Shown: positions 47,532-60,500 of the stretch, piece by piece
Layout of the letters: each line of letters starts with the position of its first letter
Position numbering within the stretch: the stretch's first letter is position 1
DNA from: an uncultured candidate division Zixibacteria bacterium
GTDB taxonomy: Bacteria > Zixibacteria > MSB-5A5 > GN15 > FEB-12
Direction of reading: 5' to 3'
Assembly: GCA_963806185.1 (NCBI GenBank)
Contig: CAWDXE010000006.1
Span: forward strand, 128,001 to 192,000
DNA: 64,000 nucleotides
Translations under genes and position numbers: made by a program
Notes under the pieces: generated by a model
Told to the model about the DNA's origin: nothing
Database searches by the model: none
The model's input: the letters and a program-made list of their open reading frames with translations, nothing else

Positions 47532-50500
47532 CTAGAGGTTCTGGCACGCCGGAAGCGGTGCGAACGTAATGAACAGGTTGTTGATCAGAGCCGTCAAGTC
47601 ACCTACGTCGACGCTGTTCAACGGATCGCCATCACAGTTGGCTTCCGCCGGGCAGTCAATCGCTTCAAAGGTGATAAACAGGTTGTTGATCAACTTGGTC
47701 AAGTCACCGACGTCAACGCCGTCAGTGATGTCACCATCAATATTACCCACGGTGGCAATACAGCAACCGGCGACCACGCAATTGTCGGTGAGGCCGCGCA
47801 GCTTACACAGATACCAATTCTTCGCGGCATCGAAGTTGGCCTCGAGATCAGTAAGCGTGCCCTGCTTCACGGAGAAGTAGCCGGTATAGACAACCAGCGT
47901 GTCGCTGGTGATCGTGGTGTTGCTCAGAACCGAAAGGACCATGTTATGGTCATCGGTGAAGCCCGTCGCGGCCAAGCCGGAGACGGTGTCACGATTCCAG
48001 TAATAGGCGCCTTCGTTGTCCTGCGACATGGTGTCATATTTGAACACCGAGTCGTTCAACTGAGCGTACATACCGTGCGGTACGTCGTGGTTGATCGTGC
48101 TGTCGGCCACGTCTTCGCTGCGTTTGAAGTAACCCATGAGCGCATGGGCGCCATAGCGCAGTGAATCCGGGCAGGTAAGCGTGGTGTCGGTGCCGCGCTG
48201 ATAGGTGAAGCCCTTCAGCGAGACGCCGGTCTTGTTGTCAGAACCACCGATACCCGGGACGTCCCAGTCGGCATGTTCGGCAATCGTCACACCGGAGACG
48301 GAACCGGCTTTCGGCCAGTACTTGGTCTCGGCAACGACGAAGTTGCAGTTACCGCTCAACGGGGCGTAATAGGTACGGCTCAGGACGATCGTGGTGTCAC
48401 GGTTGACCATCTTGCCCGTGTAGAACCAGTTGTAGTCGACTGTGCTGCCGGAGGCAGGGGTCGCACCATCAATGTTCTTAAAGGCCTGGTCGGTCGTGAA
48501 GTCACCCTGGAACAGGGCGGACGTGAAGACGTACGTGGAGGCACCGGTCTTCTTGATGACCTGCGGGCCGCCGCTATACAGGTACACGTCGTTGGCCGTC
48601 GTGTTCTCGCAGTCGCCGGCGAGGCCGACGAAGTCGAGGTTTACGCCACCGGCGCCGAGATTACCCATGTCACCGTTGGAAGAAACAACCAGGCGGGTGC
48701 AGGTCGTGGCGACCGTATCCCATACCAGGCCGACAACCGTATCGGCGACGAGGTAATTGACGATCGGAATGACCTTGACAGAGTCAAGCGTCGGCACGTT
48801 CGAGTGCAGAGTCACAGAGCCGTTGAGCGCCCAAACGTTACCGGTAGTGAAGAACGGCGTGGCAATGATATTGATGTTAAAGGAACCGAAAGAGGCTGCC
48901 GGTACGATCAGGGAAGGCGCGGACAGGGTGAGCCAATTTTCGGTAGCGTAGCTGGTCTTCGCAGCGACGATCGAGGCGACGTTGAGGACATCGTTACCCT
49001 GGTTGGTCACCGTAATCGTGTGAACGTTGGTGGCACCGTGGTTCACGAACATCGGATAGCCAAGCAAGGTCGGCGATATCTTGATACGCGGAGCCGAAAC
49101 CGGCGCGACGCACGCCAGGCGAGCATAGCGCAGCGGGTTCAGCGTCGGGACGAACGTCAACGACGCGTCCTGCAAATTGTACTGACCCGGATAGTGATCT
49201 TCCACATAGAACAGGTGGAGGGTCGAGTCGTTGGTAATGGTACCACCCAAAGTGAGCGGCGCTTCCGGCCAGGTCATGGCCACGCCGTACTGTGAGGAGT
49301 CCATACCATTGCGCGATACCGCCATCTTGACGTCGTTCATACAAACGCCGCCGCCGGTGGCCGAGTCGCAGTCCGGGGTATAGGTATTGGTGATGTTACG
49401 CGGGGCATCCCACAGGGCGCCGGCGAGGTCATTGGACACCGACATATAGACGTCGGCGTTCGCATAGAACCGCCAGTCGTTCGGAGCGCCACCCGAGGTG
49501 CAGTCGTCAGGCACAACCAGAGGGTTGTTCAGGTCGTTGGCCATTGACCAGAATACGTACAGCTTACCGGCGCATTCGGAGACCGACATGTAACCGGTAG
49601 TCAGGGCGTTGTAGCCGATCCAGCCGCACAGGTCGCCCGGAAGCAGGCTCTGATCCCACGTGGCATCATAAATCAAGCTGACAACGTTGGTCGACTTGGA
49701 CCAGTGGTACATGTTGGAACCGCGATAGAGCGAGTTCCAGGAGAAGCCGGTGGTATACGGATTGGCATCGACGTTGGCCGCATTGAAGGCCGCGTGCAAA
49801 ACGCCGTTGTGATCGTAGACTGCCTGGGCCTCAACCCACGGAGAGTACGACGCCACCGAGCGATCGGACGAAGTGATCTGAGTCCGAGGACCCCAGTTCA
49901 AGCCGCCGTCGGTCGATTCGCGATAGAACAGAGCTTCGTCGTTTTCTTCACCGTGCAGATAGCCGCCGTCAGTCGTGCGGGTATACACAACCGCGATGTT
50001 GCTGTTCACGCGTGAAGCAGCCAGGTTGATCTGGTTAAAAACGGTATCCAGAAGTTTCGGACCAACCCAGGTACCGGCGGCCGTCTGGCCGAGCTTGCGG
50101 TAATACAGCATCGGGAAGTCAGACAGGTTGCTCGGATTGCCGGTCGTGCGGGCAAGAAGAGCGTTCCAGCGAGCCGCAACGTGCAGCACGGTGTCGGTAC
50201 CGATGATCTGTGTTTCAACAATCGGGACAACCAATTCCGGAGCGGTGTCACCAGGATTAGCACGCCAGGTGCTGTAGCCGTTGACGCCGAGTTTCGGAAT
50301 CTTCGTTCCCGTGCCCCAGGTGCAGGAATAGGCGGCACCTGAAGCCGGCTGGTAATAGAAGTGGTTGTCGGTCTGAGCCGCCGGGTCGGCACCGGCCAGG
50401 ATGACGCGGCCCTTGGGGGTCACCGCCATCGAGGTGATGATGCCAAAGTCGCCGGCTGCCTGAACTTCGCAACCAACGCCCAGCAGTTTCGGCCAGCTGG

Positions 50501-50933
50501 CGAGCGTGGGGCTATACACGTTATAGCCGGCGCGTTCTTCAGCGGTGGTCGAGTTGGGCTGATCCTGATAAACGAAGTGCATATCCGGAGTGCCCCAGAA
50601 ATCCGCGCGACGGCCGCGGGGTGAACCCTGCCAGTCGTCGTAAGAAGCTTCAACTTCGATACCCGGGCCCGCGGTGGCCGCGTTGTCGCCGGCGGCGCCG
50701 ACGGAGACGCGACGCGAAGCTCTGGCTTCGTTCGGGCCCATCAGGCCGGCAAAACGATCGGTAACATTTTCAGTCGGCCGATCAGCGCGCGGGAAACTGA
50801 GTTGCTGAATCTTCGCTGCCCGTTCGTCCTGAACACGCTGGGTGTCCCAGGAGGCGCGAGCGAACGCGAACGACGTCAGCAGCAGAGCCGCGAGCACCGA
50901 GACGACGAGAATTGTCACAAGGCGCTTAGTCAT
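47532..50933 (-). CDS. Large secreted protein: Asp-box propeller-like region, Ig-like domain, C-terminal Cys-capped dockerin-like domain
   Basis: Signal peptide from ATG 50933; RESTDGGLNW Asp-box; TVTNQG..L.V Ig strand; GCC..GNIDG..DVGDLTKLINNLFITF..C..ANCDG..DVGDLTALINNLFITF..C. Confidence 0.8.
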   Translation of the reverse strand: MTKRLVTILVVSVLAALLLTSFAFARASWDTQRVQDERAAKIQQLSFPRADRPTENVTDRFAGLMGPNEARASRRVSVGAAGDNAATAGPGIEVEASYDDWQGSPRGRRADFWGTPDMHFVYQDQPNSTTAEERAGYNVYSPTLASWPKLLGVGCEVQAAGDFGIITSMAVTPKGRVILAGADPAAQTDNHFYYQPASGAAYSCTWGTGTKIPKLGVNGYSTWRANPGDTAPELVVPIVETQIIGTDTVLHVAARWNALLARTTGNPSNLSDFPMLYYRKLGQTAAGTWVGPKLLDTVFNQINLAASRVNSNIAVVYTRTTDGGYLHGEENDEALFYRESTDGGLNWGPRTQITSSDRSVASYSPWVEAQAVYDHNGVLHAAFNAANVDANPYTTGFSWNSLYRGSNMYHWSKSTNVVSLIYDATWDQSLLPGDLCGWIGYNALTTGYMSVSECAGKLYVFWSMANDLNNPLVVPDDCTSGGAPNDWRFYANADVYMSVSNDLAGALWDAPRNITNTYTPDCDSATGGGVCMNDVKMAVSRNGMDSSQYGVAMTWPEAPLTLGGTITNDSTLHLFYVEDHYPGQYNLQDASLTFVPTLNPLRYARLACVAPVSAPRIKISPTLLGYPMFVNHGATNVHTITVTNQGNDVLNVASIVAAKTSYATENWLTLSAPSLIVPAASFGSFNINIIATPFFTTGNVWALNGSVTLHSNVPTLDSVKVIPIVNYLVADTVVGLVWDTVATTCTRLVVSSNGDMGNLGAGGVNLDFVGLAGDCENTTANDVYLYSGGPQVIKKTGASTYVFTSALFQGDFTTDQAFKNIDGATPASGSTVDYNWFYTGKMVNRDTTIVLSRTYYAPLSGNCNFVVAETKYWPKAGSVSGVTIAEHADWDVPGIGGSDNKTGVSLKGFTYQRGTDTTLTCPDSLRYGAHALMGYFKRSEDVADSTINHDVPHGMYAQLNDSVFKYDTMSQDNEGAYYWNRDTVSGLAATGFTDDHNMVLSVLSNTTITSDTLVVYTGYFSVKQGTLTDLEANFDAAKNWYLCKLRGLTDNCVVAGCCIATVGNIDGDITDGVDVGDLTKLINNLFITFEAIDCPAEANCDGDPLNSVDVGDLTALINNLFITFAPLPACQNL

Positions 50934-51327
50934 TCTTGATTCCCTTTCGATTCGTTGTGTGTTCCCAACAATCGTTAACAATAAAGTTACAGTTTACGAA
51001 AAGCGCAAAACGCAACAGAAACGCATGAGCAGCCATCTCGTCATGACAGCGGCGCATGCCAGTGTTACTCACTTCCTCGGATTCACCTCCCTTCATACCC
51101 GTCGGAATAAACCGAAACCGGGGACCACAGTAATCGTCCGCTGTGTGCTAAACGTTATGAGATGCATTCCAATAAATATGTCATTACGCCACGTTCGGCG
51201 TGTGTGCGACCCGAACCGGTAGGCACCTGACCAGAGCCGGCTATGTCGTGAGGTTTTATCGTTCGGTATGAACTCTTCTGTCCAAAGGCAATCCCTGCAA
51301 TCGGATGCTTACCCTTTCACGTCATAC

Positions 51328-51356
51328 AAATTATTGCGAGACGGCGATGTTGTCAA
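51328..51356 (-). promoter_or_regulatory. Candidate sigma70 promoter giving a leader of about 390 nt
   Basis: TTGACA-17-TAATTT downstream of the terminator at 51459. Confidence 0.45.
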
Positions 51357-51458
51357 GGTCTTTTCGCTCGCAGCGAGCAGATTGGCCATTCGACAAAGTC
51401 GTTATCTCGCACAGCATTCGAGACGCAAATCTTGCGACGAGGACGAAGGGGTGTCAAT

Positions 51459-51488
51459 AAAAAAAGCCGCTCAGCAGTGAACGGCTTT
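51459..51488 (-). terminator. Rho-independent terminator
   Basis: aaagccgttca-ctgc-tgagcggcttt followed by a T run on the minus strand. Confidence 0.8.
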
Positions 51489-51514
51489 CATACGAAATGA
51501 AGATAGATTTCGAA

Positions 51515-54500
51515 TTATCTCGGCGGCTGAGGGCCGTTAAAATACAGGAAGTTAATCAGGTAGGTCACATCGAGAATGTTCACACTACCGTCATTGTCGA
51601 CGTCTGCAGCCACCATAGTTACCGGTTCCGGGCCTTGGCGGAAGAGATAGGAGATCAGATAGGCCATGTCGTTCATGGTGTAGCGACTGTTATTGTCAAT
51701 ATCGCCCCGGAGGAAGGCAACCACACGGATAACGGTGGTGGCGGTATCGGCCAAGCCGCCCGGGTCGGTGGCGATGATCCGGATTTGCGAGACCAGGCCG
51801 ATCTGAGCATTGTCCGGCAAGAAGATATAGTTACCCGTACCATTAAGCGAATCCACGAATCCCGCATTAGTGACAATGGGCGTAGCGGTCATGGTGAGTG
51901 TCTGCAGGTCCGGATCTGCGGCCCGAGCAACCACATTGGTGATCACATTGGCCGGACAGTTGGTAGTGTCAGCCAAGACGGTCGAGAAGACTGGAGCCTG
52001 ATTGCCGGCCTCGGTCACGTCGATCTGGATTATGGCGGTATCGCGTGCGGCCTTGGAGTCAACCGCAATGAAGCGTACCGTGTAAATACCTGCCTGACTA
52101 AAGGTTGGCGTAAAGGAGAAGGTCTTAACGTTGGTCGTCCCCACAAACGTGGCGCCGACCGGCATGTTCTGTGCGGACAGCGTCGGCAAGGTGGCACCAC
52201 CATCAGGATCGGTGGCAGAGACCACGAAGCTGAGGGTGACCCCTTCAGCGATGGTCTTGGTACCTTCGCCGCCGGCAACCGTGACAATGGGGAGGGCGTT
52301 GCGATCGAGCACCGCTATCTGTACCGGTGCGAGCGCATCTTGTACGATGGACGAATCGGCGCCGTCTTTGGCGTAAAAGCGGACGTAGTAGAAGGTTCCC
52401 GGAGATACCGCACCCTGCGAGTAGCTTGGTATGAACCTGAGCAGGGCGGAACCATTGCCCGAATCGGCAATCGACATGTTGGTCGCGAGGGAGTCGGTGA
52501 CCCCATCAAGGCGCGCCCGGATTTTCGGAATCGTACCGTCGAAATCAAAGGCGTTCACGAGGTAGATCAAGGTGTCGCCTTCGAACATGGTGCGGGCTCC
52601 ATAGGTGATGATCACCGGAGCCCGATTGGTGTCGAGCACCGAGATATTGACCAGCTGCGAATCGGCGACGCCGGCAACGTCGAAGTCCTCCGCCTTGAAA
52701 AAGACCTGATAGAAGCCGGAGTCGGTATCGGTCGGCGCCCAACTGAAGGTGCCGGTACCATTGCGATTATCCGTAAACGTCGCACCCGCAGGAAGCGGGT
52801 TGGCGGTGAGTAACGGATAGTTGGTGGCATCGACGTCGGTCGCGGAGATGTTGAAGTTCAGCGCGTTCAATTCTCTCACGCTCTTGTCAGTAATGTTGGC
52901 AAGCACCGGCGGTTGATTGCCGGCCTCGACGATGGTAAGGACGATGTCGATGGTATCGGCGACGGTGCCGTCGGTAGCGCGAATTGTGATGGTGTACGAG
53001 CCGGCTTGGAGGTAATTGGGGGCCATGTAGAAGGTTCCCAGACCGTTGCCGCTATCCGCAAAAGTAATGAGGGCGGCCGGGACGATCTCAAGCAGAGACA
53101 TCGTGACCGTACCACCATCGGGATCGTGCACTTTGATACGGAAGAGACCGGTTTGACCTTCGGTGATGGCCGGGCTGGCCGGGATGGAGTCAAACACGGG
53201 TGTCTGGTTGCCGGCTTCGATCACCTGAATAAAAACCACTTCTTTGTCGACCGCGAAGCCGTCGTACGCCTCAAAGGTGACAGCGTAGAGTCCGGCCTGT
53301 GTGAACGACGGATTAAAGGTGAAGACAGCCGTGCCATTGAGGTTGTCCACGAACGTAGCATTGGCCGGGAGCGCGCCGGTGCGCAGCACGGGAGCGCCGT
53401 CGTCCGGATCGCTTCCGGAGACATTGACGACGAGCGACTGACCCTCGGTAACGGCTTTCGTGCCGATGGCCGCGAGCACAGGCGGGAGGTTCACCGTCTT
53501 CACCACGACGTTGATCGCTATGAGAGTGGACTTGGACGGAACGCCCTGGTCGACGGCAAGGAAGTTGACGACGTTGGTCCCCGCCTGCCCGGCGGTAGGC
53601 GTAAAGCGGAAGGTGCCGGTATTGTCACCGTTATCGGTAAACGTGGCGCCCGTCGGCATGTTGACGGCCGAGAGGAATATCCGATTGCCGGCCACGGCAT
53701 CGGTGGAATCGTACGCCGTGAGCGTGAAGACCAACGGGTCGTTGACTTTCACGCCGAACGGTCCGGCCGCGGCGAACGTCGGCGGCCGATTGACATCGTT
53801 GGTAGTAACCTGCACGATTTCGACACCGGTCTGAATCGGCGTGCCGTAATCGATGGCGAAGAAGCGCACGGTATCGATGCCGGCATCGAAGTAGCCCGGC
53901 TTATACGTGAGGGTACCCGTGCCATCGTTATGATCAACAAACGTATAGTGCAGAAGGGTGGTGGACACCGACAATCTCGGGGCCACGGTCGGTGCGTCGG
54001 GATCGGAGGCGCTGACATTGAGGATGAGTGAGTCGCCTTCGTTGACAAGCGTATCGGCCACGACCGTAAAGATCGGCGGAACGTTACCGGACGGGAAGAT
54101 GGTGATCTGCACCAGTTCCGAATCGGCGAGGACACCGTCGGTCGCGACGAACGTAAGCAGGAACGAACCCTCCTGATTGAAATCAGGTGAGAAAACAAAC
54201 GTCGCAGTACCGTTGCCATTATTGGTGAAAGTGGCGTTGGTCGGCAGTGGCGACGCCGAGAAGGTCGGCAGGGTGCCGTCCGGATCAGCGGCAGTCACGT
54301 TAAACGTCAGCAGTCCGCCTTCGACCCCTGCTCGGTTGCCGATAAGGGCGAGGACAGGACGTTGATTGCCGGCCTCGGCCACGGTGATAACCACAATCTC
54401 GGAATCGATATCAGCCGGGTACTGACCGTCGGTCGCATAGAAAGTTACGTTGTAGACGCCGGCCTGAGTGAAGCCGGGGGTCCAGCTGAGCGTACCGGTA

Positions 54501-57500
54501 CCATTGAGATGGTCGGCGAAGTTCGCTCCGCTTGGTCGGGTTGACGTAGACAGGACGGGCATGACGCCATCCTGATCGGCCGCAGTGATGTCGAAACTAA
54601 GCGCCGCGCCTTCGGTGGTAGTGTACGGACCGATGGGGAAGAGAACCGGTAAACGGTTAGTATTGAGCACGGTGACATTTACCACAATGCTGTCGGCGCC
54701 GAGACTGGCGTCGGTGGCAATAAAGCGAATCGGATACAGTCCCGCTTGAGTGAAATCCGGTGAGAAGGTGAAAGTGCCGGTGCCATTGCCATTGTCGACG
54801 AAGGCGACATTAGTGGGGCTGTTCTCGATCGTGAGTGAAGGAATACCGCCGTCGGGATCAGTCGCGGAGACTGAGAAACTGAGCACTGCACCCTCGGCGA
54901 TACTGGTGTCGGCGCGGGTGGCGAACACCGGCGGCTGATTGCCGGCCTCGAGCACCGTGATGACCACGTCTTCCGAGTCGGCGGTTATGCCGTCGGAGGC
55001 GTAGAATCGGACCGTATGGAATCCGGCTTGCGTAAAGTTGGGTGTCCAGGAGAAGGAACCCGTACCATTACCGTTATCGGTGTAGACCGCGCCGGCCGGC
55101 AGCGTGCTGGTGGTCAGCGTCGGAGTCGTACCGTCGGGATCGCTCGCCGACGTGGAAAACGTCAGAAGCGTGTTCTCAGTAGTTGACTGGGCGCCGATAG
55201 CCGCCAGCACCGGATTCCGATTCAGATCGGTAACCGTGATGGTGATTGTTTCAGAATCGGCGGCGAGTCCGGCATCAGTAGCGATGAAGGTGACGGTGTA
55301 AACGCCGGCTTGCGTAAAGTCGGGATTGAAGGCGAATGAGCCGGTGCCGTCGCCATTGTCGACAAAGCCCGCATTGGCGGGAAGGGTTGAGGTCGTGAGC
55401 GTGAGCGGCGTCAATTCCGGATCGGCAGCGCTGACGGCGAAGTTCAAGGCCACATTCTCGCTGACCGTCTGATTACCAATCGCGGCCAGAATCGGCGCCT
55501 GGTTGCCGGCGTCGAGGACACTGATGGCGACCACCTCAGAATCGGTTGCCACACCATCGGAGGCATAGAAGGTCACGGAGTAGCCGCCGGACTGCGTGAA
55601 GTCAGGCGTCCAGTTGAAGGTGCCGGTACCGTCACCGTTGTCTATGAAAGTGGCGCCGGTGGGCACGGCCGTTGAGGTCAGGGTCGGAATAACGCCGTCG
55701 GCATCGGCGGCAGTGATCGTGAAGGCAAGATTGACGCCTTCATTGATCGCCTTGCCGCCAATCGCAGCCAGGACCGGCAGCTGATTGGTGTTCGACACGG
55801 TAATGGCGACCACCTCGGAATCCGTCACGGTGCCGTCTGAAGCGTAGAAGGTGACCGAGTATCCCCCGGCCTGAGTGAAGCCGGGCGTCCAGTTGAACGT
55901 CCCGGTGCCATTGGCGTTATCGATGAAAGTTGCGCCGGTCGGCAACGCGCTGGTCGTGAGGACCGGTGAATTGCCGTCAGGATCGTTGGCTGATACGCCG
56001 AAGTTCAAATTGGTGTTCTCGCTGATCGACTGTGCGCCGATAGCCGCAAGGATAGGGTCCTGATTCACGTTGTTGACCGTGATAGCGACAACTTCGGAGT
56101 CAGTAGCGATACCGTCACTAGCGTAGAACGTGACACTGTATCCGCCCGCCTGTGCGAAGGTCGGCGTCCAGTTGAACGTCCCGGTGCCGTTGGCGTTGTC
56201 AATAAACGATGCGCCACTGGGCAGGGCACTCGTGGTCAGGGTCGGCGTAGTGGCGTCGGCATCAGAGGCTGAGACACCAAAGTTCAGATTAACGTTTTCA
56301 TTTACACTCTTCGCACCGATGGCGGCCAGGATAGGCGCCAGATTAGTGGTGGAGATGGTGATCGCGACCACTTCGGAATCGGTAGCCGTACCGTCAGTCG
56401 CATAGAACGTGACACTGTACCCGCCCGCCTGGGTAAAGTCGGGGGTCCAGGTGAACGTGCCGGTACCGTTGGCGTTGTCGACAAAGCCCGCGCCGGTCGG
56501 CAGAGCTGACGTGGTAAGCGTAGGCGTAGTGCCGTCAGCATCGGAAGCAGTGATACCAAAGGTCAGAAGGGCACCCTCGACACCACCCTTGGCGCCGATG
56601 GCAGCCAGGATTGGATCCTGGTTTACGTTATTGACGGTGATCGCGACTATCTCAGAGTCGGTGGCGATGCCGTCAGAAGCGTAGAAAGTCACGTTAAATG
56701 AGCCGGACTGCGCAAAGGTCGGCGTCCAGTTAAACGTACCGGTGCCGTTGGCGTTATCGACAAACGATGCGCCGCTCGGGAGAGCGCTGGTGGTTAGGGT
56801 CGGTGTCGTTGCATCCGGATCGGAGGCTGACACGCCAAAATTCAGATTGACGTTTTCATTCACGTTTTTCGCGCCGATCGCCGCCAGAACAGGGTCGAGA
56901 TTGGTACCGGCGATAGTGATGGTGACGACTTCTGAGTCGGTAGCGACACCATCGGTAGCGCGGAAGGTAACCGGGTAGACGCCGGACTGCGTGAAGTCGG
57001 GTGTCCAGCTGAAGGTGCCGGTACCGTTGCCGTTGTCTAAGAAAGCGGCGCCGGTGGGCAGAGTTGACGTTGTGAAGGACGGCGTCGTGCCGTCGGCATC
57101 GGCGGCAGTGACGCCGAAGGTCAGGAGGGCGCCTTCCAGACCGCCCTTGGCACCTATCGCCGCAAGGACGGGGTCTTGATTGACGTTGTTCACCGTGATG
57201 GCGACAACTTCAGAATCGGTAGCCGTGCCGTCGGTGGCACGGAAGGTGACGTTGAACGAACCGGCCTGTGCGAAAGTGGGCGTCCAGTTAAACGTCCCGG
57301 TGCCGTTGCCGTTATCGATGAAAGTTGCGCCGGACGGCAGAGTGGATGTAGTAAACGACGGGGTCGTGCCGTCGGCGTCCGCAGCGGTGACGTTGAAATT
57401 CAGATTCACGTTTTCGTTGATGTTCTGTGCGCCGATAGCCGCAAGGATAGGATCCTGATTCACGTTGTTGACCGTGATAGCGACAACTTCGGAGTCAGTA

Positions 57501-60500
57501 GCGATACCGTCACTAGCGTAGAACGTGACACTGTATCCGCCCGCCTGTGCGAAGGTCGGCGTCCAGTTGAACGTCCCGGTGCCGTTGGCGTTGTCAATAA
57601 ACGATGCGCCACTGGGCAGGGCACTCGTGGTCAGGGTCGGCGTAGTGGCGTCGGCATCAGAGGCTGAGACACCAAAGTTCAGATTAACGTTTTCATTTAC
57701 ACTCTTCGCACCGATGGCGGCCAGGATAGGCGCCAGATTAGTGGTAGAGATGGTGATCGCGACCACTTCGGAATCGGTAGCCGTACCGTCAGTCGCATAG
57801 AACGTGACACTGTACCCGCCCGCCTGGGTAAAGTCGGGGGTCCAGGTGAACGTGCCGGTACCGTTGGCGTTGTCGACAAAGCCCGCGCCGGTCGGCAGAG
57901 CTGACGTGGTAAGCGTAGGCGTAGTGCCGTCAGCATCGGAAGCCGTGATACCGAAGGTCAGAAGGGCGCCCTCGACACCACCCTTGGCGCCAATAGCGGC
58001 AAGGATAGGATCCTGATTCACGTTGTTGACGGTGATAGCGACTACTTCGGAGTCGGTCGCGGTACCGTCGGAAGCGTAAAAGGTCACGCTATACGGTCCG
58101 GACTGCGCAAAGGTGGGCGTCCAGTTGAACGTACCGGTGCCGTTGGCGTTATCGACAAACGATGCGCCGCTCGGGAGAGCGCTGGTGGTTAGCGTCGGTG
58201 TCGTTGCATCCGGATCCGAAGCCGACACGCCGAAATTCAGATTGACGTTTTCATTCACGTTTTTTGCACCGATGGCGGCCAAGACTGGGTCCTGGTTAAC
58301 GTTGTTGACGGTGATGGCGACTACCTCGGAGTCGGTCACGGTACCGTCGGTGGCGTAGAAGGTCACGTTGTATGGTCCAGCCTGAGCTAAGGTCGGCGTC
58401 CAGTTGAAGGTACCAGTGCCGTTGGCATTGTCGGTGAAGCCGGCACCGGTCGGCAGAGCCGATGTAGTCAAAGTGGGCGTCGTAGCATCCGGATCGGAGG
58501 CGGACACGCCAAAATTCAGATTGGCATTTTCGTTGACTGACTTGGCACCAATGGCGGCCAGGACGGGCGCCTGATTGGTACCGGAGATTGTGATGCTGAC
58601 GACTTCAGAATCGGTGGCAACACCGTCGGTACCGCGGAACGTGACGGAGTACCCGCCGGCTTGTGTGAAGTCCGGCGTCCAGCTAAATGTCGCCGTGCCG
58701 TTGGCATTATCAATATACGTCGCGCCGGTCGGCAGAGTTGAACTGGTGAAGCTGGGCGTCGTGCCGTCGGGGTCGGAAGCGGACGTGACGAACGTCAGCA
58801 GACTTCCTTCAGCCCCATTCTTCGCACCGATGGCGGCCAGGACGGGGTCCTGGTTCACGTTGTTCACCGTGATCGCGACTACTTCAGAGTCGGTCGCGGT
58901 ACCGTCAGAGGCATAGAAGGTCACGCTATACGGCCCGGCCTGAGCGAAGGTCGGCGTCCAGTTGAAGGTACCAGTGCCATTGCCGTTGTCGGTGAAGCCG
59001 GCACCGGTGGGCAGAGCTGAGGTCGTAAGTGAAGGTGTAGTGGCGTCGGCATCGGCGGCCGAGACGCCGAAGTTCAGGTTGACGTTTTCATTCACACTCT
59101 GGGCCCCGATGGCGGCCAGCACAGGTGCTTGATTGCTACCGGAGATGGTAATGGCGACTACTTCGGAGTCGGTAGCCGTACCATCAGTCGCATAGAAGGT
59201 CACGCTGTACCCGCCCGCTTGCGTGAAGTCGGGAGTCCAGTTGAAGGTACCAGTGCCATTGCCGTTGTCGACAAAGCCCGCGCCGGTCGGCAGAGCTGAC
59301 GTGGTAAGCGTAGGCGTAGTGCCGTCAGCATCGGAAGCAGTGATACCGAAAGTCAGAAGGGCACCCTCGGCACCACCCTTGGCACCGATGGCCGCAAGGA
59401 TAGGATCCTGGTTCACGTTGTTCACCGTGATGGCGACGACTTCGGAATCGGTAGCCGTACCGTCAGTCGCGTAGAAGGTCACGCTGAACCCGCCCGCCTG
59501 CGCAAAAGTCGGCGTCCAGTTGAAGGTACCAGTGCCATTGCCGTTGTCGGTGAAGCCGGCACCGGTGGGCAGAGCTGACGTGGTCAAAGTGGGCGTGGTA
59601 GCATCCGGATCGGAAGCGGTCACGCCGAAATTCAACGCGACGTTTTCATTGACGTTCTGCGCGCCGATGGCGGCCAATATCGGGTCTTGATTTACGTTGT
59701 TCACCGTGATGGCGACGACTTCGGAATCGGTAGCCGTACCGTCAGAAGCGTAAAATGTTACGCTATAGGGACCAGCCTGAGCAAAGGTCGGTGTCCAGTT
59801 GAAGGTGCCAGTGCCATTGCCGTTGTCGGTGAAGCCCGCGCCGGTGGGCAGAGCTGACGTGGTCAAAGTGGGCGTGGTTGCGTCCGGATCGGAAGCCGAC
59901 ACACCAAAATTCAGATTAACATTTTCGTTGACCGACTTGGCACCGATGGCGGCCAGGACGGGGTCTTGATTGACGTTGTTCACTGTGATGGCGACGACTT
60001 CGGAGTCGGTAGCCGTACCATCAGTCGCATAGAAGGTCACGCTGTACCCGCCCGCTTGCGTGAAGTCGGGAGTCCAGTTAAAGGTACCAGTGCCATTGCC
60101 GTTGTCGGTGAAGCCGGCACCGGTGGGCAGAGCTGACGTGGTCAATGTCGGTGTGGTTGCGTCCGGATCGGAAGCCGACACACCAAAATTCAGCGCGACG
60201 TTTTCATTGACGTTCTGCGCACCGATGGCGGCCAGGATTGGGTCCTGGTTCACGTTGTTCACGGTGATAGCGACGGTCTCCGAGTCGGCGTCACTTGTCA
60301 CCGGATCAAGGGCGATAAAAATGACATTCACGATACCGGCCTGCGTAAAGTCAGGCGTAAACGTGAGTGTCCCGGTGCCATCGCCGTGATCGACCCACGA
60401 CGCGTTGGCCGGCAGGGGGCCGGTCTGCATGATGGGTGTTGTGGCGTCGACGTCGGTTGCCGTGTCGGCCACGGTGAGGGTCAACCCTTCGTTGATCGAC

